Positions 1 to 6,925 of a stretch of DNA of 64,000 nucleotides are shown piece after piece. The translations under genes and the position numbers were made by a program. The first letter of the stretch is position 1. Each line of letters opens with the position of its first letter. The notes under the pieces are model-generated. The model had not been told where the DNA came from. It did no database searches and saw only the letters and a list, made by a program, of their open reading frames with translations. Source of the DNA: Desulfuromonadales bacterium (lineage in GTDB: Bacteria; Desulfobacterota; Desulfuromonadia; Desulfuromonadales; SZUA-540); the NCBI GenBank assembly GCA_033549025.1, contig JAWSUS010000002.1, positions 128,001 to 192,000 of the forward strand, read 5' to 3'.

Positions 1-443
1 GCTTCATGGTCACCACCGGCGTGGGCTATCCGCCCGCCGAGGTGGAAAAGGCCATCATCAAGGGCGGCAGTCTGCGGGACGAGATCCGCCACATCGAACC
101 CCTCATCACCCTCGAAGATATCCGCCTGGCCCGGCAGGCCGTCAAGAACGACATCCTGCTCTCCGATAAAGTCGTCGACTACATCTTCGCCATCATGGAC
201 GCCACCCGCAATCACCCCCTCATCCTGTCGGGCATCTCCAGCCGTGGCGGCATCAGTCTGGCTGAAGCGGCCAAAGCCGCCGCTTTTCTGGAGAACCGCG
301 CCTACGTCATCCCCGAGGATGTCAAGCTGGTGGCCGGGGCCGTGGGCGCCCATCGCCTCATCCTGCGCCCTGAAAACGAGACCCTGAACAAGGAGGAGGT
401 ACTGCAATCGGTGCTCAAAAGCCTGCCGGTTCCCCTGGTCTGA
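1..443 (+). CDS. MoxR-family AAA+ ATPase, C-terminal part (5' end outside window)
   Basis: Lid-region motifs GISSRGGISL...AKAAAFLENRAYVIPEDVK...AHRLIL; followed by DUF58 and transglutaminase genes, the usual MoxR cluster. Confidence 0.85.
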   Translation, partial: FMVTTGVGYPPAEVEKAIIKGGSLRDEIRHIEPLITLEDIRLARQAVKNDILLSDKVVDYIFAIMDATRNHPLILSGISSRGGISLAEAAKAAAFLENRAYVIPEDVKLVAGAVGAHRLILRPENETLNKEEVLQSVLKSLPVPLV

Positions 444-475
444 AACTGACCCGGGCGGGAGCCCTCTACATCGTC

Positions 476-1312
476 ATGACCCTGCTGCTGGGCTTCGGCG
501 CCGTCAATACCGGCAACAACCTCATCTACCTGCTGGTATCCGCCCTGCTCGGCTTCATGGTCATCTCCGGCATTCTGGGTAAACGCAACCTCGACGGGCT
601 GCAGGTACGTCTGCGCTTTGCCGACGAGATCTACGACGGGCACCCCACCCTGGTCAGGGTCGAACTGACCAACCGGCGCCGCTTTCTGCCGGCCCAGCTC
701 ATCGACGTCCAGCTCGCCTCGGAGCCCGGCGCGGTGCTGTTTCCGTTGGTGCCGTCCGGCGAGCAGGAAGCCGGCCGCCTGCTGCTCACCCTGACCGGCC
801 GCGGGCCGCGGTCCTTTTCGGCCATCCAGATCAGCTCCCGCTACCCCATCAACTTTTTCGTGCGCTCCCGACACATCCCCATCGCGGACCGCTGTGTCGT
901 CTTTCCCGCCCCCCAGCCCTGTCCGCTGCCTGCCGCGTCTTCCGGCCGCCAGCGCGCCGGTGAACGGACCGCCTCCCAGCGCGGCCACGAAGGGGATATC
1001 GACCGCATTCATGAATACCGACCGGGCGACCCCCTGCGGCGGATTCACTGGCGGCTGTCTGCCCGACACGATCAGCTCAAGGTCAAGGATCTCGCCGCCG
1101 CGGCCAGCGAACCCCTGTGGGTCGATCCCCGCGAGTGCCCGGGAGCCAGCCTCGAAGAAAAGCTGCGCTGCGCGGTCTACCTCATCAACCAGGGGGGCCG
1201 GGCGGAGCGGCCCGTGGGCCTGCGACTGCCCGGACAACGCCTGGCACCCGCGACGGGACGGCCGCACCGTCTGAAACTCCTTCATCACCTGGCCGGTTAT
1301 GGTAAAAATTAA
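476..1312 (+). CDS. DUF58 domain membrane protein (true start may be CTG at 440)
   Basis: GAVNTGNNLIYLL N-terminal TM motif; IHEYRPGDPLRRIHWRLSAR signature; frame is open upstream to CTG 440 (LKLTRAGALYIV), which overlaps the moxR stop. Confidence 0.85.
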   Translation: MTLLLGFGAVNTGNNLIYLLVSALLGFMVISGILGKRNLDGLQVRLRFADEIYDGHPTLVRVELTNRRRFLPAQLIDVQLASEPGAVLFPLVPSGEQEAGRLLLTLTGRGPRSFSAIQISSRYPINFFVRSRHIPIADRCVVFPAPQPCPLPAASSGRQRAGERTASQRGHEGDIDRIHEYRPGDPLRRIHWRLSARHDQLKVKDLAAAASEPLWVDPRECPGASLEEKLRCAVYLINQGGRAERPVGLRLPGQRLAPATGRPHRLKLLHHLAGYGKN

Positions 1313-3212
1313 GCGCCTGCTCGATTACTTCACCTACGCAATCGTCCTGCTGGGGACGCTGCCCCTCTTTCCGCACCTCGACCTGCCGGTGCGGCTGCTG
1401 CTTCCCGCTGCCCTGGTCGCCGGGGTGATCGCCGACCAGCGGGAGCGCACCCTGCTGAAAACGTCGGCGGCAACCCTCGTGACCCTGGCTTTTTTCGCCT
1501 ATTACGGCCTCACTCTGTCTTTGGCCAACTTCATTCTGCCGCTGGTCAACGTTCTCGCCCTGCTTCTGGCTGTGCGTCTGGTCACCCCCAGAACCGGCCG
1601 CAACACCTTGCAGGCCTTCGTGCTCTCCCTCTTCGCCCTGGCCAGCTCGACCCTCATCACCCTGAGCCCCTATTTTCTCCTCTTCATGGTGCTGCAGATC
1701 CTGCTCATCACTGTCGGCCTGGTGCTACTGGCCTATTTCGTCGCCGATCCGCACCTGTCCCTGTCCCGCGAGCAGATACGGCGCCTGCTCTCCTTTGCCC
1801 TTATACTGCCGGTGACTTCACTGCTGCTGATGGCGCTCATCTTCCCCATCCTCCCCCGCACCCAGCGCCCCGTCTGGGGCTTTCTCAATCCCGCCATCGC
1901 CGCCACCGCCGGCTTCAGCGAACAGGTCAAGCCCGGCTCCGTCGCCGAGCTCAATGCCACCAAACAGGTGGTTTTTCGGGTCGAAAGCGAGCGCCTGCCC
2001 CAGGGGGAACTCTACTGGCGCGGCATCGTGCTCGATACCCTGCGGGGCAACACCTGGCTGCGCGGCGACGAGTCAGGAGGCCGCGCCAGCCGCCTGCAAG
2101 GCGGCCAGCCGATACGCCAGACCATTTCCCTCGAACCGCAATCGGGCGGCTACCTCTTCGCCCTCGACCGGCCCGAATCCCTGCAGGGCATCCGTCACAG
2201 TAGTTCGCCCGACCTGGTTCACCGCACCTCTCAGGCCGAGCGGCGGCGGGTACGCTACGAAGCGAACTCACGCCTCGGCGCGACCCTGAGAGAAAACGGC
2301 AGCCCTCAGCGCACCTTGCTGACGGTGCCGGCGGCACTGCCCGCCCGGGTTCAGGCTGTGGCCGACCGGATTCGCCAGCAGGGCCGCACCGTCGAGGAAA
2401 AAATCGCCCTGACGGAAGATTTCTTCCGGCAACAGCAACTCTCCTACGCCACCAGCGACCTCCCCGATCCGCAGAACCCCATTGACGACTTCCTCTTCGG
2501 CAAGCGGCGGGGGTACTGTGAATTTTTCGCCTCCTCCTTCGCCGTCATCCTGCGACAGGCCGAGGTGCCCACCCGCCTGGTCGGCGGCTATCTGGGCGGC
2601 GACTACAACGCCCTGGGCGGCTACTACCTCGTCACCGAAGACATGGCCCACGTCTGGGTCGAAGCCCGCCTCGAAGACGGCCGCTGGACACGTATCGACC
2701 CCAGCCGCCTCGCCATCAACGCCGCCACCGCCGTGCGCGGCAGCAACCCCGCCCACCTCGGCGTTCTGCGCCAGCTCGCCGATTCGGCCAGCCATTTCTG
2801 GGCCCACAGCATCCTCAACTACGACCTGCTGCGCCAGATCGAGATTCTGCGCAACACGGGCGAACGCCTGCAAAAACCGACCTGGCGGCCCCAAGAAGTC
2901 CCCCGCGGCCTGCTCCCCCTTGCCCTCGCAGTCGCCGCCATCATTCTGGGCTACACGGTCTGGCACCGGCGCAAAAGCCGCGAGCAAAGACTGGTGGCCC
3001 GCTTTCAGCGCCTGGCTGCCAAGCAGTTGGGCCTGGGGTCCATCCCCCCGCACATCGGGATTCACGAAATCGCCCGCCGCCTGAAAGATCCGCTCGCCCG
3101 CGAATTCGCCGAGCGCTACGGCCAGGCCATCTACCAGGACCGACGACTCAGTCGGGCAGAGATTCGGGAATTGAATGATTTGCTGAGGCGGATGCGAGGT
3201 CAGAAGGTGTGA
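1299..3212 (+). CDS. TgpA-like transglutaminase-domain membrane protein (DUF3488 + transglutaminase core)
   Basis: Multi-TM N-terminus, LYWRG motif, catalytic GYCEFFASSF...AHVWVE...WTRIDPS triad. Confidence 0.88.
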   Translation: MVKIKRLLDYFTYAIVLLGTLPLFPHLDLPVRLLLPAALVAGVIADQRERTLLKTSAATLVTLAFFAYYGLTLSLANFILPLVNVLALLLAVRLVTPRTGRNTLQAFVLSLFALASSTLITLSPYFLLFMVLQILLITVGLVLLAYFVADPHLSLSREQIRRLLSFALILPVTSLLLMALIFPILPRTQRPVWGFLNPAIAATAGFSEQVKPGSVAELNATKQVVFRVESERLPQGELYWRGIVLDTLRGNTWLRGDESGGRASRLQGGQPIRQTISLEPQSGGYLFALDRPESLQGIRHSSSPDLVHRTSQAERRRVRYEANSRLGATLRENGSPQRTLLTVPAALPARVQAVADRIRQQGRTVEEKIALTEDFFRQQQLSYATSDLPDPQNPIDDFLFGKRRGYCEFFASSFAVILRQAEVPTRLVGGYLGGDYNALGGYYLVTEDMAHVWVEARLEDGRWTRIDPSRLAINAATAVRGSNPAHLGVLRQLADSASHFWAHSILNYDLLRQIEILRNTGERLQKPTWRPQEVPRGLLPLALAVAAIILGYTVWHRRKSREQRLVARFQRLAAKQLGLGSIPPHIGIHEIARRLKDPLAREFAERYGQAIYQDRRLSRAEIRELNDLLRRMRGQKV

Positions 3213-3319
3213 TTGAGAGGGTTGGGGGAGGGACCCTCAGGAAATTCCTGATTTCGGATTGATTTTATTTGGGGTAGGATGGTTGGTCAATTTAGGCATG
3301 GATTCAAAAGGGTGTAGTT

Positions 3320-3493
3320 ATGGAGCGCAACAAATCAATGATGAAACGCTTGAGAGGGTTGGACAAAACAGCCTCGGAACAGCCGAAAAGATCGCTGGAG
3401 GAAGCCTTAGCGCAATACGACAGGCAGAATCCGCACTCCCAAGTCGCAAATGTGGCGCAAGGCTCAGTAGAGTCAGGCAATAGAGAAAAATAG
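3320..3493 (+). CDS. Small hypothetical ORF (57 aa, MERNKSMMKRLRGLDK...)
   Basis: ATG 3320 to TAG 3493 read by hand, weak SD-like AAAGGG upstream; no recognisable motif. Confidence 0.25.
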   Translation: MERNKSMMKRLRGLDKTASEQPKRSLEEALAQYDRQNPHSQVANVAQGSVESGNREK

Positions 3494-3495
3494 AC

Positions 3496-3572
3496 CGCCC
3501 TGGATCGCACGCTTAAATCGTGCAAGCCAGGGCGAAGGGGAAGGGAATCAAGTTATGTGCCCCCGGAGTTGC
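3496..3572 (+). mobile_element. Remnant A: 3' end of a Y1/RAYT-like transposase element
   Basis: Translates LDRTLKSCKPGRRGRESSYVPPE, resembling the intact transposase C-terminus LNQILKPGKPGRPRKE; hairpin CGCCCTGG..GCACG/CGTGC..CCAGGGCG (3496-3534); ends TTATGTGCCCCCGGAGTT. Confidence 0.5.
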
Positions 3573-3606
3573 CGGAAAACTGGGGAGTGTCCCTAATTTT
3601 CTTTTG
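3573..3606 (+). mobile_element. Remnant B: copy of the end of the Y1 transposase element at 6073-6827
   Basis: GGGGAGTGTCCCTAATTTT (3582-3600) is identical to 6809-6827; encodes RKTGECP* versus RKETGECP* in the intact gene; 3581-3606 is the reverse complement of 6073-6098 with 1 mismatch. Confidence 0.85.
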
Positions 3607-3696
3607 CAAGAGATAGCGCAAGTTCTCGGGATTCACTCCACAACGGTGAGCAAGGTGCTCAGTGGGGATAAAAACGATATTTCAAGACCTGACCCC
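3604..3696 (+). pseudogene. Remnant C: C-terminal HTH and right end of another Y1/RAYT-like element
   Basis: LQEIAQVLGIHSTTVSKVL helix-turn-helix fragment with no upstream domain, followed by TTTCAAGACCTGACCCC, a terminal motif typical of HTH-bearing Y1 transposase elements. Confidence 0.6.
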
Positions 3697-3699
3697 ATT

Positions 3700-3767
3700 G
3701 ATGTTGAAACCAAATTGCGGTGGTGGCCGTAACTTCGCGTCGCCACCGCTTATCACTACCGTTAGCT
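3700..3767 (+). repeat. attC0: left-truncated integron attC site
   Basis: Ends in L' GCTTATC, 6-nt spacer, core GTTAGCT (3761-3767); 3718-3766 matches the right half of attC3 at 43 of 50 aligned positions; no inverse core upstream. Confidence 0.75.
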
Positions 3768-3784
3768 CTCAATAAGGAAAGCAT

Positions 3785-4399
3785 GTGGCAGAAGAAGTTT
3801 CTCAAGCAATGACAGCATCAGCGTGGTTAGATCCAAAGTTGATTATCCCAGCCATTGGAGTTGTTCTTGCATCAGTGATTGTTCCGATATTGCTTCATAT
3901 CCTCAAAGGAAGACGAGAGCGGGAAGACAAGCTGTTGGAAATACGAACAAAAACATATACCGAGTACTTCAGGAGGTTTGAGGAAGCTGCGCGTGGAGTT
4001 GGTCTTGATTATGAACAATTCTCAAAAGTCACGTTAAAAAGTGCATTCCGTGAGCTCCTGGAATCAGATAATTCTCCCGATGCAATCATTAAGTTCCAAG
4101 ATGAGGTTGGCAAGTTCCCCCATCAAATTCAGGACTCTCATAGAAAAGCAACCGAAGAAATTACAACCTTAAAAGTTCTTGGTTCATCAAAGTTGCTGGA
4201 ACTTACAACTGAGTTTGGGGCGTTGAATCAAGAAATATTAGAAATGTCGTCTGAATGGCTTAATGAAATGCAACAGGCGCTTGCCATGCCAAATTTTGAT
4301 GCCCCGATAGCAAAGAAAATGAAAGAAAAAGGGATTAGAGCCAAAGAACTCAAAGAACAAATAATCAAGCAGATGAGGGCGGAGTTAAAACTTGATTAA
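3785..4399 (+). CDS. Cassette 1: hypothetical protein with N-terminal TM helix
   Basis: GTG start with SD TAAGGA; hydrophobic LIIPAIGVVLASVIVPILL; stop 6 nt before attC1. Confidence 0.8.
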   Translation: MAEEVSQAMTASAWLDPKLIIPAIGVVLASVIVPILLHILKGRREREDKLLEIRTKTYTEYFRRFEEAARGVGLDYEQFSKVTLKSAFRELLESDNSPDAIIKFQDEVGKFPHQIQDSHRKATEEITTLKVLGSSKLLELTTEFGALNQEILEMSSEWLNEMQQALAMPNFDAPIAKKMKEKGIRAKELKEQIIKQMRAELKLD

Positions 4400-4405
4400 G
4401 AAAAG

Positions 4406-4475
4406 AGCTAACAATTCGCTCGTGTGGGACGCTTCGCCGCGTTGCGGCTCGCGCCCCACAGCTTAGCCGTTAGGC
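4406..4475 (+). repeat. attC1 (70 bp)
   Basis: Inverse core AGCTAAC, spacer AATTC, left arm GCT[C]GTG[T]GGG[A]CGC pairing with GCGCCCCACAGC and leaving three extrahelical bases, inner GCCGC/GCGGC hairpin, core GTTAGGC. Confidence 0.92.
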
Positions 4476-4496
4476 CTCAAAATAAGAAGGTGTAAT

Positions 4497-5057
4497 TTGA
4501 GCAATATGAAATATGAAATTTCCTTAGATTTTGCTCGAAAAAAGTACGAGCAAATGAACAAGCAAGTAACACCAAGTATCCGCCAAAGAGAAGATTCATT
4601 GCTTCAGAAATTGCAAAATTCGAAACTTGGTAGGCTAAAAAAACTAGAACTATTTTTTTCAGAAATGGAAGAAATATATAAATTTATTCACAAATTCACC
4701 ATCTGCAAAAAAGGTTGCAACCATTGTTGCCACTATGAAATTGCAATCACTGACCTTGAGGTTGAATATATAAAAAGCAAAGTAAAAATCAATAGATCAA
4801 AAATAATTCCATCCGCACAAGCATGCCCGTTTCTTAAAAATGGCGTGTGTTCGATCTATGAATATAGACCATTTATCTGTCGAAGGCATTTGTCTATAAC
4901 TGACACGCCCGACTGGTGCAAGATTGATGGCTGTAATGATTATACTTTTCCGCTCATAAATTTGTCTGAAATCGACAAATGCTATGCATATTTAGTTGAT
5001 GGTGAACAAGGCATGAAATCGCTAAAAGATATTCGTAAAGCATTTAAAAAGTCCTAA
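4497..5057 (+). CDS. Cassette 2: YkgJ-family cysteine-cluster (putative Zn/Fe-chelating) protein
   Basis: CKKGCNHCC...CPFL...CSIYEYRPFICR motif; TAA stop lies inside the attC2 inverse core. Confidence 0.85.
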   Translation: MSNMKYEISLDFARKKYEQMNKQVTPSIRQREDSLLQKLQNSKLGRLKKLELFFSEMEEIYKFIHKFTICKKGCNHCCHYEIAITDLEVEYIKSKVKINRSKIIPSAQACPFLKNGVCSIYEYRPFICRRHLSITDTPDWCKIDGCNDYTFPLINLSEIDKCYAYLVDGEQGMKSLKDIRKAFKKS

Positions 5058-5158
5058 CAAAAAAAATGAACCGGACGAAAACTACTTGTGCGGTTCACTG
5101 AAAGTATTCTACTTGTTTGAAATGGCGCGACGTCGCCGGTTATCTTTGCCCGTTAGCT
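5052..5158 (+). repeat. attC2 (107 bp)
   Basis: Inverse core TCCTAAC; AT[G]AACCGG pairs with CCGGTTAT; core GTTAGCT at 5152-5158. Confidence 0.85.
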
Positions 5159-5174
5159 TTCAGAAAGAAGAATC

Positions 5175-5864
5175 ATGACCTTCGTTGATGCACTATACGC
5201 AATTTCAATCCTCATAGGAATTTGGGTATCAATTGCGGGCATCAATAATTGGCGGAAAGTTCATACCGGGAAAAGAAAAATTGAACTTGCAGAAGATTCT
5301 TTGGCGTTATTCTACGAAGCCTCTGACGCAATAAATTACCTCAGACATCCCTTCTCTTACTCAAGCGAAACTGAGGAAATCAAACGAGCTGAAAATGAAT
5401 CAGAAGCTGCGTGGGAAGCGCGTAAAAACGCAAGTGTAGTTTTCTATCGGTATAAACAACACCAAGAACTTTTCAACAAACTGTATGCCTCTCGCTACAG
5501 GTTTATGGCCCAAATCGGAAAAGAAAAAGCCAAGCCATTTGAAGACTTGCAGAAAGTAATCAATGACATCGTCAAATCAGCCCGACACCTCTCAAGGCTA
5601 TGGGCCAGAGATCATTTCCGAACAGAAAAACAATGGGAAGATCACCAGCAGCGCGTAGGGGAGCAAGAAGCCATTTTCTGGGCAGATTCAGTCGATAATG
5701 ACCCAATCATCCCACGAGTAACAAAAGTAATAGAAGAAATGGAAGCAATCTGTAGTGACGTCATTAATGGTGAAAAATCCATAGCAGACATATTGAACTA
5801 TCCTTTGCTAAAGAAAGCTAACAAACTAATCAACCGGACGGAAAATACGTCTGTGAATAATTGA
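5175..5864 (+). CDS. Cassette 3: hypothetical protein with N-terminal TM helix
   Basis: 229-aa ORF starting 16 nt after the attC2 core; hydrophobic N-terminus; reads into attC3. Confidence 0.8.
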   Translation: MTFVDALYAISILIGIWVSIAGINNWRKVHTGKRKIELAEDSLALFYEASDAINYLRHPFSYSSETEEIKRAENESEAAWEARKNASVVFYRYKQHQELFNKLYASRYRFMAQIGKEKAKPFEDLQKVINDIVKSARHLSRLWARDHFRTEKQWEDHQQRVGEQEAIFWADSVDNDPIIPRVTKVIEEMEAICSDVINGEKSIADILNYPLLKKANKLINRTENTSVNN

Positions 5865-5927
5865 AAATCGAAATCTCGGTGGTGGCCAAAACTTCACGTC
5901 GCCGCCGGTTATCACGAACCGTTAGCC
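5816..5927 (+). repeat. attC3 (112 bp)
   Basis: Inverse core AGCTAAC, spacer AAACT, AT[C]AACCGG pairs with CCGGTTAT (extrahelical C at L'' position 4), core GTTAGCC at 5921-5927. Confidence 0.88.
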
Positions 5928-5940
5928 ATTGGAAAAGAAT

Positions 5941-6072
5941 ATGCCGACTCCAGAAGATGTACTCAACCAACAGGCAGCAATTACTTGGGACACAATTAAA
6001 AATGCATATGAAAATCAGATTTCATATGGTGAAGACGCTATCACTTCAGTCAATCTACTTTCGCTTAAAAAT
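5941..6072 (+). pseudogene. Cassette 4: 5' fragment of a gene truncated by the Y1 element left end
   Basis: ATG 13 nt after the attC3 core (MPTPEDVLNQQAAITWDTIKNAYENQISYGEDAITSVNLLSLKN); runs into the inverted repeat at 6073; no attC of its own. Confidence 0.6.
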
Positions 6073-6107
6073 CAAAAGGAAATTAGGGACACTCCCCATA
6101 TTATCGA

Positions 6108-6135
6108 TTGCAGCCGTGAAGATTTGAGCTATCAT
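6108..6135 (+). promoter_or_regulatory. Putative sigma70 promoter of the transposase (leaderless)
   Basis: TTGCAG-16-TATCAT ending 7 nt before ATG 6143; no SD. Confidence 0.45.
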
Positions 6136-6142
6136 TTCCGCC

Positions 6143-6823
6143 ATGCCAAGAATTGCACGTATCATAGCTCCCGGTTACCCGCATCACATAACCCAACGTG
6201 GCAACAACCGCGCCACCGTTTTCTTCGATGACGAAGATAGACAAACCTATCTAAAGCTGCTGGCAGACTACACCCAGAAGCATCATGTCCAGATCTGGGC
6301 TTACTGCCTGATGGACAACCATATTCATCTGCTCGCCGTACCAGAGACGGAATCCTCTCTGTCGCGCGGGATTGGGCTTACCAACCAGATGTATACCCAG
6401 TATCTCAACCGTAAGCGAGAACAGTCCGGGCGTATCTGGCAGAACCGTTTTTTTTCGTGTGTTGTCGAAAACGAACAATATCTTTGGGCGGTAGCGCGTT
6501 ACATTGAGCGCAATCCTCTCAAACCCGGGCTTGCCGCGAGCGTGGTTGATTATCGATGGTCAAGCGCCAAAGCGCATGTGAATGGCACTCAGGATTCGGT
6601 GTTGTCAGGGGATTCCTGGCTTTCACTACAGGAGCGAAGCGCGTATGCCGAATTTGTGTGCCTGGAAGACGATGAGACCGATAACACCATCCGCAGAGCC
6701 ACCAAATCCGGCAGGCCATTTGGCTCGGAATCCTTCATTGATATGTTGGAAATTCAGCTGAATCAGATATTGAAACCCGGGAAGCCGGGTCGTCCCCGGA
6801 AGGAAACCGGGGAGTGTCCCTAA
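6143..6823 (+). CDS. REP-associated-type (RAYT/TnpA-Y1) HUH tyrosine transposase
   Basis: MPRIAR..YPHHITQRGNNR, YCLMDNHIHLL (HUH), IWQNRF, RYIERNP (catalytic Tyr), YRWSS. Confidence 0.92.
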   Translation: MPRIARIIAPGYPHHITQRGNNRATVFFDDEDRQTYLKLLADYTQKHHVQIWAYCLMDNHIHLLAVPETESSLSRGIGLTNQMYTQYLNRKREQSGRIWQNRFFSCVVENEQYLWAVARYIERNPLKPGLAASVVDYRWSSAKAHVNGTQDSVLSGDSWLSLQERSAYAEFVCLEDDETDNTIRRATKSGRPFGSESFIDMLEIQLNQILKPGKPGRPRKETGECP

Positions 6824-6925
6824 TTTTGCCTTGAATTATCGGATTTTATAGGTGGGGGAAAAATGAAGGACGCTCTCAGGTTTTAGGGGGGTGAGACTTT
6901 TAAAATCTGAATAAGACGGCAATAC

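Larger units (their letters stand above)
3762..6072 (+). mobile_element. Integron gene-cassette array without integrase (CALIN): 3 complete cassettes and 1 truncated
   Basis: Co-oriented AT-rich single ORFs, each followed by an attC; each cassette's core is complementary to its own inverse core; no tyrosine recombinase in the window. Confidence 0.9.
6073..6827 (+). mobile_element. Y1 (HUH) transposase element framed by inverted repeats
   Basis: AAATTAGGGACACTCCCC (6080-6097) and GGGGAGTGTCCCTAATTT (6809-6826) are perfect 18-bp inverted repeats around the transposase gene. Confidence 0.8.

Noticed and set aside
3237..3251. Palindrome TCAGGAA-A-TTCCTGA at the island's left edge
   Set aside because: Single short palindrome with no second copy seen and no assignable factor.
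3213..3362. 13-bp direct repeat TTGAGAGGGTTGG (3213-3225 and 3350-3362) as a target-site duplication or att site
   Set aside because: The copies enclose only ~125 bp with no element features, and I found no copy at the far end of the island.
3520..3732. 70-aa ORF with an HTH as a real regulator
   Set aside because: It is a chimera running across three transposon-end remnants and into attC0.
3213..3760. Search for intI or attI upstream of the first cassette
   Set aside because: No ORF with tyrosine-recombinase motifs on either strand; the site before cassette 1 resembles attC3, not an attI.
3700..5927. Recurring palindromic elements considered as a CRISPR array
   Set aside because: The spacing is gene-sized (about 700 bp), the repeats are not identical and no cas genes are present; the structure fits attC sites.
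6073..6827. Classification as a REPtron or an IS200/IS605 element with tnpB
   Set aside because: No flanking GTAG-type REP clusters and no tnpB; the gene is framed by a single inverted-repeat pair.
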